Source: an uncultured virus (IMG/VR IMGVR_UViG_3300044712_001838) (taxonomy: Duplodnaviria > Heunggongvirae > Uroviricota > Caudoviricetes). Taken from it: DNA of 36,710 nt. The translations under genes and the position numbers were made by a program. The number at the start of each line of letters is the position of its first letter. Position 1 is the first letter of the stretch. A model generated the notes under the pieces. It was given only the letters and a program-made list of their open reading frames with translations. It was not told the DNA's origin and ran no database searches. The stretch lies in the IMG/VR virus record IMGVR_UViG_3300044712_001838, one strand, 5' to 3'. Below, piece after piece: positions 1-8,110 of this stretch.

Positions 1-1
1 C

Positions 2-73
2 CGCCTGTCCGCCAAGGGCGCGCAGATCGTCTCCAAGTACATCAACGCGGTTCCGTCGCCTGTAAACGCCTAG
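2..73 (+). CDS. 3' end of a gene entering the window (…YINAVPSPVNA)
   Basis: Open frame from the window edge to TAG at 71-73, followed by a terminator-like hairpin. Confidence 0.6.
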   Translation, partial: RLSAKGAQIVSKYINAVPSPVNA

Positions 74-91
74 CGGCGTCGGGGGCGGTCA

Positions 92-131
92 GAGGGGGCG
101 GCTCGCGGGAGCCGCTCCCTCATTCTTCTTT
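92..131 (+). terminator. probable rho-independent terminator
   Basis: Stem AGGGGGCGGCTC/GAGCCGCTCCCT followed by a pyrimidine/T-rich tail. Confidence 0.6.
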
Positions 132-143
132 GGGAGACAAGCT

Positions 144-470
144 ATGAAATGCCCCAAATGCGGTTGCGAAATTGACACCGAGGACGAGCACAAGTACGAG
201 CCGTCCAAGGACCAAATTGCGGACTTGCCGCCTTCGATCAAACAGCGATTCCTTCCCTACGACTCATGTACGCCTGCCGGAAAGCCGTACAAGGCTCCGC
301 CGCGCTTCCTTCAGTACTCAGACGACCATCTCAACGATTGGAACTTTACGCATCCGATCAAAGCCGAAGAGGACGGCTCCGTCTGGATGGTTCGGACATA
401 CAGCCCTACCTTCAACTCCAAGCGAAACTGCGGCGGCTACGACGTTATCTACTGCCGCAAAACCAAGTAA
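144..470 (+). CDS. hypothetical protein, N-terminal CxxC
   Basis: GGGAG RBS, ATG, 108 aa. Confidence 0.7.
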   Translation: MKCPKCGCEIDTEDEHKYEPSKDQIADLPPSIKQRFLPYDSCTPAGKPYKAPPRFLQYSDDHLNDWNFTHPIKAEEDGSVWMVRTYSPTFNSKRNCGGYDVIYCRKTK

Positions 471-485
471 GTGTCAAAAACGCCG

Positions 486-510
486 TTAGGACTCTGTTAG
501 GAGCAGGCGA
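486..510 (+). promoter_or_regulatory. 25-bp element copy 1
   Basis: TTAGGactctgTTAGGAGCAGGCGA; ATG 7 nt downstream (518). Confidence 0.85.
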
Positions 511-517
511 AGAAACC

Positions 518-724
518 ATGAACAGAAACGCGAACCCTCAACTGCTGAATCTCTTGCGCATGGGTTGCAAGGTTGAATTCCCTACCGGAGCATGGCTTCG
601 GGGAGACAAGGGCTACATCAAAGTCGGCAGCGAGCAACGCGGAGAACTTGGTGCTTGGTCTCTTGACCGCGAGGGGCTTCGCAACGCCATGTCCGACAAG
701 GACTTGTGGGCAGGTAACGATTGA
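518..724 (+). CDS. hypothetical protein (possibly leaderless)
   Basis: ATG at fixed offset from element; 68 aa. Confidence 0.7.
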   Translation: MNRNANPQLLNLLRMGCKVEFPTGAWLRGDKGYIKVGSEQRGELGAWSLDREGLRNAMSDKDLWAGND

Positions 725-731
725 GGAAGCC

Positions 732-932
732 ATGAAAAACCCGAATTGCGACAACATCCATTGCACCAAAGCCAACGGGGAAGTCCGCTTGCTGCCGACC
801 GGAGGCGACGGCAATATGATCGTCTGCCGTTCCTGTTACGAGCACGAAATGGCGTTCCGCCGCTCGTTCAGCAAGAGAGGGGTTAAACCCGATCTCCCGA
901 GTTGGGAGTCGCTCAAAGTCTACGAAGGGTAA
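732..932 (+). CDS. small Cys-rich hypothetical protein
   Basis: GAGG RBS; NPNCDNIHC…CRSC. Confidence 0.7.
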   Translation: MKNPNCDNIHCTKANGEVRLLPTGGDGNMIVCRSCYEHEMAFRRSFSKRGVKPDLPSWESLKVYEG

Positions 933-946
933 CAGTGCAACACTTA

Positions 947-971
947 TTAGGCTTCCGTTAGGAGCAGACGA
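947..971 (+). promoter_or_regulatory. 25-bp element copy 2
   Basis: TTAGGcttccgTTAGGAGCAGACGA; ATG 7 nt downstream (979). Confidence 0.85.
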
Positions 972-978
972 GATAAAC

Positions 979-1359
979 ATGATCAAGGTTCAATACTCGC
1001 TGGCAGACCTGTCGTCTGCTGGACCGCAGATTGAGAATGCATGCTTGAAGTCGGGCATGAGTATTGAAGAGGTCCCTGGCGGTTTGATTGCCCTACCAGG
1101 GAAAGGAACGAGTCAGTTTCCGCTGGTGCAAGGGGAGAGATGGGTCAATGTGTCAACTTCCATCGAATCCTACCTCTTCCTTGCCCGCTACTTGGCAATC
1201 ATGTCCGTTCTCGACGTCGCCTGCAAGCTTGGCGTCCTTGAGGACATCCTTGACGAAGGGGGGTTCTGGCGAAAAAGGGATCTGGACGCGCTGGTCGCTT
1301 TCAAAGAGACCTTGCAAAGTGTTCCAGATCCGCGAGAAACACGCCCGTTCATGTCGTAG
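979..1359 (+). CDS. hypothetical protein
   Basis: 126-aa ORF directly after element. Confidence 0.7.
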   Translation: MIKVQYSLADLSSAGPQIENACLKSGMSIEEVPGGLIALPGKGTSQFPLVQGERWVNVSTSIESYLFLARYLAIMSVLDVACKLGVLEDILDEGGFWRKRDLDALVAFKETLQSVPDPRETRPFMS

Positions 1360-1405
1360 AAGTTGTGCCGGAAAAGAAAATCCACGAAAAAGCACGTTTT
1401 CCGGC

Positions 1406-1434
1406 TTGACATTGTTTGTGTCGTATGGTAATGT
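1406..1434 (+). promoter_or_regulatory. sigma70-like promoter
   Basis: TTGACA-N17-TAATGT with TG extension, upstream of the 1508 gene. Confidence 0.65.
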
Positions 1435-1507
1435 GCAAGTGTTGCAGTTGGGAAAACAAACGAGCCTTTTGGCTCATAACGCCGCCTAGAGCGGAGGGAG
1501 AAAAGCA

Positions 1508-2326
1508 ATGAACGGAAGCAGCGAACAGAACAACGCGACCGAAGTCGCCAGCAACCCCGCGCCGGAAGCGACCGCCGCGCAGACCGAAACCACTCAGACC
1601 GCGACGACCGCGCCCTCGGGCAAGGTGACGCATAGCCAGATCGCCAGCAAGCTCGGCATCGACCGCTCGATTGTCACCCGCGTCCTGAACGGCAAGAGCA
1701 ACAGCCCCAAGAAAGAACTGATCCTCGCGACCGCCGCCGAAATGGGCTACGTCGCCCCCATCGCCAGCGAGCAGGCGACCGCCAGCCAGCCCGAAGCGGC
1801 TCCCGAAGTCGCCGCGCAGACGGAAAACGCCGTCCCCGAAAACGCCGTCGCGGCTGACACCGCCCCCGAAGCGTCGACCGAAGTCGCCGCCCCGAAGGCG
1901 AAGCCCAAGAGCAAGGGCAAGAAGACCGCCAAGAAGGCGAAAGCCAAGAAGTTCCCGCACGCCGCCCCGCGTATGATGGTCAACGCCGACATTCTGGCGA
2001 AGATCGAAGCGCATCCCGCCGATCTCCGCGAGAAGCTCAACGAGGCGCGGCAGGAAGAAGTCCAGACGCGCGGCTCCGGCGACGTTGACGACGCGACGGC
2101 TCGCTTGCTCTACAAGCTGGTCCATGACGACCGCATCAAGCCGGAAGCCAAGCTGGCGTACCGCGAAATGGAACCCATCTTCCATCTCAAGCGCAACAAC
2201 GGCATGTGCGCCTACCGCATCGTCGGCAAGATCGAAGCCGAACTGAAGCGCAAGGCTCGCCAGAAAGCCGCCGAAGCCCGCGCCGAAGCCAAGAAGGTCG
2301 AAGCTCCCGAAACGGTTAACGCCTAA
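1508..2326 (+). CDS. LacI-type HTH DNA-binding protein with Ala/Glu/Pro linker and Lys-rich segment
   Basis: VTHSQIASKLGIDRSIVTRVLNG…ILATAAEMGY resembles the LacI N-terminal HTH; GGAGGGAG RBS; own promoter and terminator. Confidence 0.75.
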   Translation: MNGSSEQNNATEVASNPAPEATAAQTETTQTATTAPSGKVTHSQIASKLGIDRSIVTRVLNGKSNSPKKELILATAAEMGYVAPIASEQATASQPEAAPEVAAQTENAVPENAVAADTAPEASTEVAAPKAKPKSKGKKTAKKAKAKKFPHAAPRMMVNADILAKIEAHPADLREKLNEARQEEVQTRGSGDVDDATARLLYKLVHDDRIKPEAKLAYREMEPIFHLKRNNGMCAYRIVGKIEAELKRKARQKAAEARAEAKKVEAPETVNA

Positions 2327-2364
2327 AAACGCCGACCGGAACAACGACCAATCCGGAAAAGCAG

Positions 2365-2390
2365 GGGTCGCCTTCGGGCGACCCTTTTTT
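2365..2390 (+). terminator. rho-independent terminator
   Basis: GGGTCGCC-TTCG-GGCGACCC followed by T6. Confidence 0.9.
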
Positions 2391-2407
2391 GTTGCCCTTC
2401 GAGACCA

Positions 2408-2507
2408 GGCGGATCTCCACGGGGCAGCCCTGAAGGGCACGGGGAATGTCCAGTGTCACTTCAGCATGACACAGTCGAGTGAGCTGCCCCGCCCGGTTGA
2501 CTCCGCC
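2408..2507. ncRNA. candidate structured RNA or DNA element
   Basis: Nested stems GGCGGA/TCCGCC, CGGGGCAGC/GCTGCCCCG, GTGTCA/TGACAC in an intergenic gap. Confidence 0.35.
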
Positions 2508-2518
2508 AACGTCCGGCG

Positions 2519-2543
2519 TTAGGCTTCCATTAGGAGCAGGCGG
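2519..2543 (+). promoter_or_regulatory. 25-bp element copy 3
   Basis: TTAGGcttccaTTAGGAGCAGGCGG. Confidence 0.85.
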
Positions 2544-2568
2544 GCAAGGTGGGATAAGGGAGATGACC

Positions 2569-2874
2569 ATGAATTTGAAAGAACATGAAGTTCCGCATAG
2601 TCGGGAAACATTCGGAGGCGACGAACGAGCGATCAATCGTCACAGCCAGAGACAGTACAAAGTCCCAGGGCACGATCCGATCATCTACATTGACCGGAAC
2701 AACAGCGGATGCCCGCCCTTCTACAAATTGTTTTACTTCAATCCAGGCGCTACCCTTGCAACAACCATTCAGGTCGACGGAAAGGAATATTGGGGCGACG
2801 GGTTAAGCTGGCCCAAAGCCATCGCCAAGGCAAGTGAAACGATCAGTCGCCTGCTCGAAACGGGCGGGGAATGA
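2569..2874 (+). CDS. hypothetical protein
   Basis: AAGGGAG RBS; start 2569 (or 2563). Confidence 0.7.
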   Translation: MNLKEHEVPHSRETFGGDERAINRHSQRQYKVPGHDPIIYIDRNNSGCPPFYKLFYFNPGATLATTIQVDGKEYWGDGLSWPKAIAKASETISRLLETGGE

Positions 2875-2876
2875 CA

Positions 2877-2901
2877 TTAGGTCTCCGTTAGGAGCAGGCG
2901 A
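2877..2901 (+). promoter_or_regulatory. 25-bp element copy 4
   Basis: TTAGGtctccgTTAGGAGCAGGCGA; ATG 7 nt downstream (2909). Confidence 0.85.
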
Positions 2902-2908
2902 CACGATC

Positions 2909-3130
2909 ATGGAAAAGAAAATTCGTATCTACGGCAAGCCGCTTTTGATCAAAAGGGTCAATGGTCAATTCTCTTGGAGGCTCGCCCTGTTCCAAGGGAA
3001 GGCGACCTTCTCCAACCATATCCTGCAAAGCGCAGAAGATGTCGTCCTCGAATCCTACGAGGAAGCAAACAAAGACATGAAGGTAATGGCGAAACAGTTG
3101 AAAATCATCCTGCCTCGGCGGAAGCGTTAG
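2909..3130 (+). CDS. hypothetical protein
   Basis: Starts at fixed offset; stop TAG supplied by the next element. Confidence 0.7.
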   Translation: MEKKIRIYGKPLLIKRVNGQFSWRLALFQGKATFSNHILQSAEDVVLESYEEANKDMKVMAKQLKIILPRRKR

Positions 3131-3151
3131 GCTCCCGTTAGGAGCAGGCGA
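3127..3151 (+). promoter_or_regulatory. 25-bp element copy 5
   Basis: TTAGGctcccgTTAGGAGCAGGCGA. Confidence 0.85.
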
Positions 3152-3173
3152 CTAAATCAAAGGAGAGGACCCC

Positions 3174-3722
3174 ATGGCAAACAGTTGCGGTCGGAAGCTT
3201 GAAAATGGGACAAAGGTCGTCCTGGCAAAAGATGACGATCTGCGTCGCGAACTCCACGGCAAGACGTTCATCTGTAACGGGACGGGCTTCGGCTCAGATC
3301 CGGAGAATCGCGGGAATGCCGTCTTCGGCAAGTTCGAGGACGGAACCGCAGGGCGCATCGAAGGTTACATGATCGACCTCCCCGCGACCATGGAGAAGTA
3401 CGGTAAGGAAAACGGTTGGCAGTACACGCAGGCAGACTACGACCACTTGCTCCATCGCTGCGCCCGCGTCTACAAACAGTTCAAGGTCAAGCCCTTCCAG
3501 CCCAAGCGGATGCCCAAAAGCCGCTACCGCTACGAAATCTGGCGCGACATGCCGAAGGGCGAAGCCGTCGCCGTCGAGTGTCTCGGTACGTTCCCGACCG
3601 ACAACGCGGCCCGCAAGGTCTGCGACAAGGTCGTCGAACTCACAGGCGTCCAGCATTACACCGCTGAGTACGACGCCACGGACGAGATCGAAGAACTGCT
3701 CAAGAAGGCGATCCTCTCATGA
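3174..3722 (+). CDS. hypothetical protein
   Basis: AGGAGAGG RBS; 182 aa. Confidence 0.75.
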   Translation: MANSCGRKLENGTKVVLAKDDDLRRELHGKTFICNGTGFGSDPENRGNAVFGKFEDGTAGRIEGYMIDLPATMEKYGKENGWQYTQADYDHLLHRCARVYKQFKVKPFQPKRMPKSRYRYEIWRDMPKGEAVAVECLGTFPTDNAARKVCDKVVELTGVQHYTAEYDATDEIEELLKKAILS

Positions 3723-3961
3723 AAGCAGCCCATCGACGAGTCTTGAAAGCATTGAAGAGCGGGGCGTCTGTTTGGGCGCCCTACTGCGCAAGACAGGCGT
3801 ACATCGCCTACGCCAAGGAACTCCGCTCCGACTACGTTCGAGTGTCAACGCTTAACGAGATGCTCGAACTCGGACTGATCGAGTACGAAGAGGGACGGCA
3901 TGAGACCCATCCGGACTCCCATTACATCCTGCCAAAGGAAAAGACCAATGAGCCTAGCTGA
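3719..3961 (+). CDS. hypothetical protein (possibly winged-helix-like)
   Basis: ATGA overlap with upstream gene; STLNEMLELGLIEY. Confidence 0.65.
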   Translation: MKAAHRRVLKALKSGASVWAPYCARQAYIAYAKELRSDYVRVSTLNEMLELGLIEYEEGRHETHPDSHYILPKEKTNEPS

Positions 3962-4436
3962 CTGCGTCACCCTCTTCCACGTCTCTACCGCCGCCAAGCG
4001 CGCGAAGATCCTCAAAGAGGGAATCCAGCCCAACAAGCGACCCTGCTGGACCAACGTCTTCGGTCGCCCGCTCAGGGAGAAAGACACCGTCTACGCTTTC
4101 GCCAGCTTCGACGACGCCGCCAGATGGGCTTTCAAACATCAGTTCGACGCGCAAAAACCCTGCGACATCTTCGCCTTCCAATCCGACCCCTGCTTCTGGA
4201 AGGATGACACCCATCCCGAAGCCAGCCTCGGCAAGGGCAAATGGCTCAAGAGCAAAAACGCCGTCCCGGCTCGCGCGATCAAGCATTGTCTGCCCTTCGA
4301 TCCCAACAAGTTCGGTCCACTGCTGGTCCAAACGTTGGGAGACCCCAAAGAGATCCTTCCTGACGGCAGAGTCATCGCCGTCGATAAGACCAAAATCCTG
4401 ATCATCGGCTTCTCGCCGGATTGGGTCAACTGTTAG
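3948..4436 (+). CDS. putative ADP-ribosyltransferase-fold (Tpt1/KptA-like) protein
   Basis: LFHVS…ILKEGIQP, VYAF and VPARAI motifs; AAGGA RBS. Confidence 0.5.
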   Translation: MSLADCVTLFHVSTAAKRAKILKEGIQPNKRPCWTNVFGRPLREKDTVYAFASFDDAARWAFKHQFDAQKPCDIFAFQSDPCFWKDDTHPEASLGKGKWLKSKNAVPARAIKHCLPFDPNKFGPLLVQTLGDPKEILPDGRVIAVDKTKILIIGFSPDWVNC

Positions 4437-4457
4437 GCTTCCGTTAGGAGCAGGCGA
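4433..4457 (+). promoter_or_regulatory. 25-bp element copy 6
   Basis: TTAGGcttccgTTAGGAGCAGGCGA. Confidence 0.85.
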
Positions 4458-4476
4458 CGGGGTAAAGGAGAACCGC

Positions 4477-4746
4477 ATGTCCAAACTCAAATGCCCTCAT
4501 TGCAAAGGTCGCGGTAAACTGACCATTACCTCCGTCCATATCAGCGCGAAGGGACGATCAGCCCCCGAAAAGACGGAGATCAACTGCGTTACCTGCGACG
4601 GGAAGAAAACGGTCTCCAAAGAACAGAAAGCCGCCTGGAACCGCTACCTCGCGTCCTGGTGCAAATGCAAAAAGCCTGGTACCGCCCTGTCCGACGGACG
4701 CGACTGGTACTGCTCCAAGTGCCGCAAACTGGTCCAGCAGGGTTAG
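4477..4746 (+). CDS. DnaJ-type CxxCxGxG zinc-finger protein
   Basis: CPHCKGRG, CVTCDGKK, further CxC and CxxC; AGGAG RBS. Confidence 0.7.
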   Translation: MSKLKCPHCKGRGKLTITSVHISAKGRSAPEKTEINCVTCDGKKTVSKEQKAAWNRYLASWCKCKKPGTALSDGRDWYCSKCRKLVQQG

Positions 4747-4767
4747 GCTTCTGCTAGGAGCAGGCGA
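4743..4767 (+). promoter_or_regulatory. 25-bp element copy 7
   Basis: TTAGGcttctgCTAGGAGCAGGCGA. Confidence 0.85.
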
Positions 4768-4787
4768 CTGAGCTAAGGAGATCGACC

Positions 4788-4973
4788 ATGCCTCTATACC
4801 GAGTCTTCCTTTCCGATTTCCCGACTAGCTACTTTTCAATCGGAGCGAAAAACAAGCACAAGGCAGTCCAACACGCCCGCGCTGAAGCTTCAATGGGACG
4901 CCGGAAACGGACGACTGTCCTGAAAGTCGTTCGCATACTCAAAGACGGAAGCGAAAAGAACCTTAAAGAATAG
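4788..4973 (+). CDS. hypothetical protein
   Basis: AAGGAG RBS; 61 aa. Confidence 0.7.
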   Translation: MPLYRVFLSDFPTSYFSIGAKNKHKAVQHARAEASMGRRKRTTVLKVVRILKDGSEKNLKE

Positions 4974-4982
4974 GAGAACCGC

Positions 4983-5132
4983 ATGTCCCGCGAAGTGACA
5001 CTCAAACTCGACAAGTTCGCGGCGGGGAAGCAGAAAAAGGACCCCCAAGGCGCCATTCAACCACAAGCCCTACTGAACGGAAAGCACACCAAATCCTTCA
5101 ACATCGGAAAACGCCGACAGTCATTTAGGTAA
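4983..5132 (+). CDS. small hypothetical protein (49 aa, not in ORF track)
   Basis: AGGAG RBS; MSREVTLKLDK…; stop lies inside the next element. Confidence 0.55.
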   Translation: MSREVTLKLDKFAAGKQKKDPQGAIQPQALLNGKHTKSFNIGKRRQSFR

Positions 5133-5149
5133 CCGTTAGGAGCAGGCGA
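5125..5149 (+). promoter_or_regulatory. 25-bp element copy 8
   Basis: TTAGGtaaccgTTAGGAGCAGGCGA; ATG 7 nt downstream (5157). Confidence 0.85.
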
Positions 5150-5156
5150 CCAGATC

Positions 5157-5540
5157 ATGGAAAAGACTAACTTCGACGATCGTGCCTATATCGTTTGCGC
5201 CCTTTGGTCCACCCTCGACGGCTCAACCCCGAGCGGCGGATATCCCCTGGACAAGAACTACAGCCCCGCTGATATCGATCAGGCGACGCTTACGCAAATG
5301 GTTGCCGATTGCAAGGACTTCCAAGATTCGAACACCGAAGCCCTCGTCGAAGCTTGCGCCCAGGGCGGAGATCCGGAACGAAACGGTCATGACTTCTGGC
5401 TGACCCGCAACCGCCATGGCGTCGGCTTTTGGGATCGCGGGTACCAAGGCGAATTCGTCCGCCACCTCGTCGATAACGCGCACGCCTACGGCAGCTACGA
5501 TCTCTACGTTGGAGACGATAAGAAGATCCATGGAAACTGA
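5157..5540 (+). CDS. conserved phage hypothetical protein (GHDFWLTRNxHGxGFWDR family)
   Basis: Motif GHDFWLTRNRHGVGFWDRG recalled from phage proteins of unknown function. Confidence 0.8.
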   Translation: MEKTNFDDRAYIVCALWSTLDGSTPSGGYPLDKNYSPADIDQATLTQMVADCKDFQDSNTEALVEACAQGGDPERNGHDFWLTRNRHGVGFWDRGYQGEFVRHLVDNAHAYGSYDLYVGDDKKIHGN

Positions 5541-5553
5541 TCAGGGAGACACT

Positions 5554-6096
5554 ATGACAGCCACTGAGACGTCCTCGAAGATCATCCAATTGGTCTCTCG
5601 TCCCGAGCAGGCGACGCTTGTTCTGGACCCCGAGGACCTGATTCTCGCCTACAGAGCCGGACGCGAGTCCATGAACAGCTTCCTCTCCGGCAAAGGCGAC
5701 CTTCCCTGCCAGTTCTCACACCCGCTTCAAAAGCAGGAATGGCTCCGGGCTCGGCGCGACGTCCTCGACCAAGTACTTTGGAAGGCGACGGATGATGGCT
5801 GCCAGCACGCGTTGTTTGGAGATCACCCCGGTGTTAAGTACTCCGGCAAACTGAAGGAAGCCTGGGACAAGGGCGTCCGGCGCGGAGAAAGTGTCATCGC
5901 CAAGACCGAACCCAAGGAACTCGCTTGGATGCGCGGCTGGCATGCTGGTGCCTACTCCGAAGGTCTGCCCGATAACCCCTACGAAGAAACGCCTCTTGCA
6001 ATTCACTGGCTCAAGGGGTATGATGCCGGATTGAGTACAATCGAAGCCCTGGCTTCACGCGAGAATGTCGCCAGAAAGGTCAGGGAAGCCTGTTAG
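5554..6096 (+). CDS. protein with tandem RMF/CrpP-like repeats
   Basis: AYRAG…CQF…EWLRARRD and AWMRGWHAG…NPY…HWLKGYDAG; GGGAG RBS. Confidence 0.6.
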   Translation: MTATETSSKIIQLVSRPEQATLVLDPEDLILAYRAGRESMNSFLSGKGDLPCQFSHPLQKQEWLRARRDVLDQVLWKATDDGCQHALFGDHPGVKYSGKLKEAWDKGVRRGESVIAKTEPKELAWMRGWHAGAYSEGLPDNPYEETPLAIHWLKGYDAGLSTIEALASRENVARKVREAC

Positions 6097-6117
6097 GCTT
6101 TCTTTAGGAGCAGGCGA
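6093..6117 (+). promoter_or_regulatory. 25-bp element copy 9
   Basis: TTAGGctttctTTAGGAGCAGGCGA. Confidence 0.85.
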
Positions 6118-6157
6118 TCCGGTCGGGAGAAAGACCGCAGCCAAAAGGAACCTCAGA

Positions 6158-6631
6158 ATGACTCGAACTGACATTCTCCCATTACTGGCGACAATAGCTC
6201 CGCCTTCAACGATGGATGAGGCAATTTCCCGCATTGCTGAGTATACCAACGCAATGCAAATCAGGGACGAACTCACCGCGCTGGAGACTTGGCTGACAGA
6301 GCAACGAGACACAGCAAAGAATGACCCCGCTTACGAGCCTGTCGTCTTCCGAGTCTACGAGGAAGTCATCGAACAAGTCGCCATCTTGAAGGGAGAGCGC
6401 CAAACTCGCGGGCTGGTCGGCATCACGGGCATGAAGTTTGACTGCATCGAACAGTTTACCGCCGCCATGCAGGAATGCGGCTGGAACATCTCTGCGCGAG
6501 AATGGAAGAAGGACGACGCGCAAATCCTGTATCAGGTTGACGCAATCGGGAAAAACGCCGATAAGAACTGGATGCTTCTCCGCGCAATCCTCGGAAGCTG
6601 GCTCGAAGTCCTCATCGTCAAGGATCTGTAA
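6158..6631 (+). CDS. hypothetical protein
   Basis: AAGGA RBS; start at MTRTDIL. Confidence 0.7.
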   Translation: MTRTDILPLLATIAPPSTMDEAISRIAEYTNAMQIRDELTALETWLTEQRDTAKNDPAYEPVVFRVYEEVIEQVAILKGERQTRGLVGITGMKFDCIEQFTAAMQECGWNISAREWKKDDAQILYQVDAIGKNADKNWMLLRAILGSWLEVLIVKDL

Positions 6632-6652
6632 AACGCCGACAAGGAGAAACCC

Positions 6653-7465
6653 ATGGAACCAATCGTCTTCGGCACCCATTACCGCTTCTCGAAAACCCGC
6701 CAAGTAGGCGACCCGAGCGGCGCCGGGATTCCCGCGCCGGAAGCCGTCTGCGAGTTAGCCGCCCGCTTGGAAGGCGAAATCCTCCCCCTGAAGGCGGCGT
6801 TGGACATCATCCAACCCGCCGTCCCGAGCGGTTGGGAACTCCGGTCCGCCCAAACGGAAACCTCCAAGCACAACAACCAAGGAATCATCCTGTTGTCCGA
6901 CGCAGGCGCAGGGTTTAACGCTGAGCATGGCTGGAACATCGCGGCATACGACGAACTCAAATGCAGCGAGTGCGGCAAAAACCTCGTCGCCTGCGAGCTT
7001 TTCGTCCATTCAGGCTCCGTCCTGTACTGCCCGAATGACGCAGTCATGACCGTCGCGAAGTTGAAGAACTGTCTGCCCGCGCTGGTAACGAAGTCAGACC
7101 CATGCGCGCTTTGCGGCAAACCCTCTTGCGGGCGGATCTTTGACTTCTTCATAGAACGGGGAAAAGGCGACCTTGCCTACAACGTCTGCCTGCTGCACTT
7201 CCAAGCGGTCATGGGAACCTGCTTGACGCCTGCTGAGTTCCACATGCTGACGCGCCAAGCAGGCGGCATTACCTTTAACACTCACGAAGACTTCTATACA
7301 GACGACGGGGAAGCCGTCCAACGCCGGATTGAGCGCAAGAGCATCATCAAGAGCCTGCCAAAGAAAAAGGCTCCGCCGAAAGAGGCAGAGCCGAAATCCA
7401 AGCCAGTTCTCGATCCTTGGGAAACTACTTCGAGCGGCGAAGAGCCTCCGACAGCGAATCCTTGA
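6653..7465 (+). CDS. hypothetical protein with Cys/His zinc-binding motifs
   Basis: AAGGAG RBS; CSECG, CALCG, CLLH. Confidence 0.7.
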   Translation: MEPIVFGTHYRFSKTRQVGDPSGAGIPAPEAVCELAARLEGEILPLKAALDIIQPAVPSGWELRSAQTETSKHNNQGIILLSDAGAGFNAEHGWNIAAYDELKCSECGKNLVACELFVHSGSVLYCPNDAVMTVAKLKNCLPALVTKSDPCALCGKPSCGRIFDFFIERGKGDLAYNVCLLHFQAVMGTCLTPAEFHMLTRQAGGITFNTHEDFYTDDGEAVQRRIERKSIIKSLPKKKAPPKEAEPKSKPVLDPWETTSSGEEPPTANP

Positions 7466-8000
7466 TCGCGTCCTTCACGAAATCCATTACAGCCGCAGCC
7501 AGGATGTTGTCGCCTCCGGTCAGGTCAGCCGCGTAGGTGGCGACTTCCTTGATGCGTTTGAAGTCTTCGCGCATAGCGGACTTCCAATTATCCGTATCTT
7601 GTCCTCCCCGAACCTTGGCGAATATTGCCTCATCCTCTTCCTGCACCATGGTTTGTACTTTCTTAGCTACAGGCTTCGGTTGAACGTTACGGAAAGCCTT
7701 GGCGGCTTCTAGTTCTGCCTGGGTGTTTTGCTCCTGGATCAGCCTGGGAGGATCTTCGCCCGGAGGAGTTCCGTTCTCTTCCGGTGTCTTGAGGACGACA
7801 AACCGCTCCGTAACCACCCTGGGCGATTCGGGGCGATGGTTGTAGATCGTCTTCATCTCTTCGCCAACGGGCTTAATGTTCTGGACGATAATCCCGCGAT
7901 CATTACGCAGAATCCCCGCCCCAATTTCCTTTGATTCAGCCTCAATCGTACCTTGCTGTGGTTTCCCACTCCGGTCAAACCCCTCATACTGAAATTCCAT
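7425..8000 (-). CDS. protein with PilC/GspF-like N-terminal domain and no TM segments
   Basis: MEFQYEGFDRSGKPQQGTIEAESKEIGAGILRNDRGI resembles the T2SS-F/PilC N-terminus; GGAG RBS. Confidence 0.65.
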   Translation of the reverse strand: MEFQYEGFDRSGKPQQGTIEAESKEIGAGILRNDRGIIVQNIKPVGEEMKTIYNHRPESPRVVTERFVVLKTPEENGTPPGEDPPRLIQEQNTQAELEAAKAFRNVQPKPVAKKVQTMVQEEDEAIFAKVRGGQDTDNWKSAMREDFKRIKEVATYAADLTGGDNILAAAVMDFVKDAIKDSLSEALRRSK

Positions 8001-8110
8001 GGCTCCGCCTTCCTATTTTCGTAACTGTGTCATGAAACTATGACACTGGTAACTTGGTCACTTGCAGCTCACGACCAGCCTGGTGATCGATCGCTGGATC
8101 AATGTTCATC

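Noticed and set aside
53..73. Shared C-terminal VNA of the edge gene and the 1508-2326 gene
   Set aside because: Too short to separate from chance without the rest of the upstream gene
1349..2440. 363-aa - strand ORF
   Set aside because: Antisense shadow of the codon-biased 1508-2326 gene
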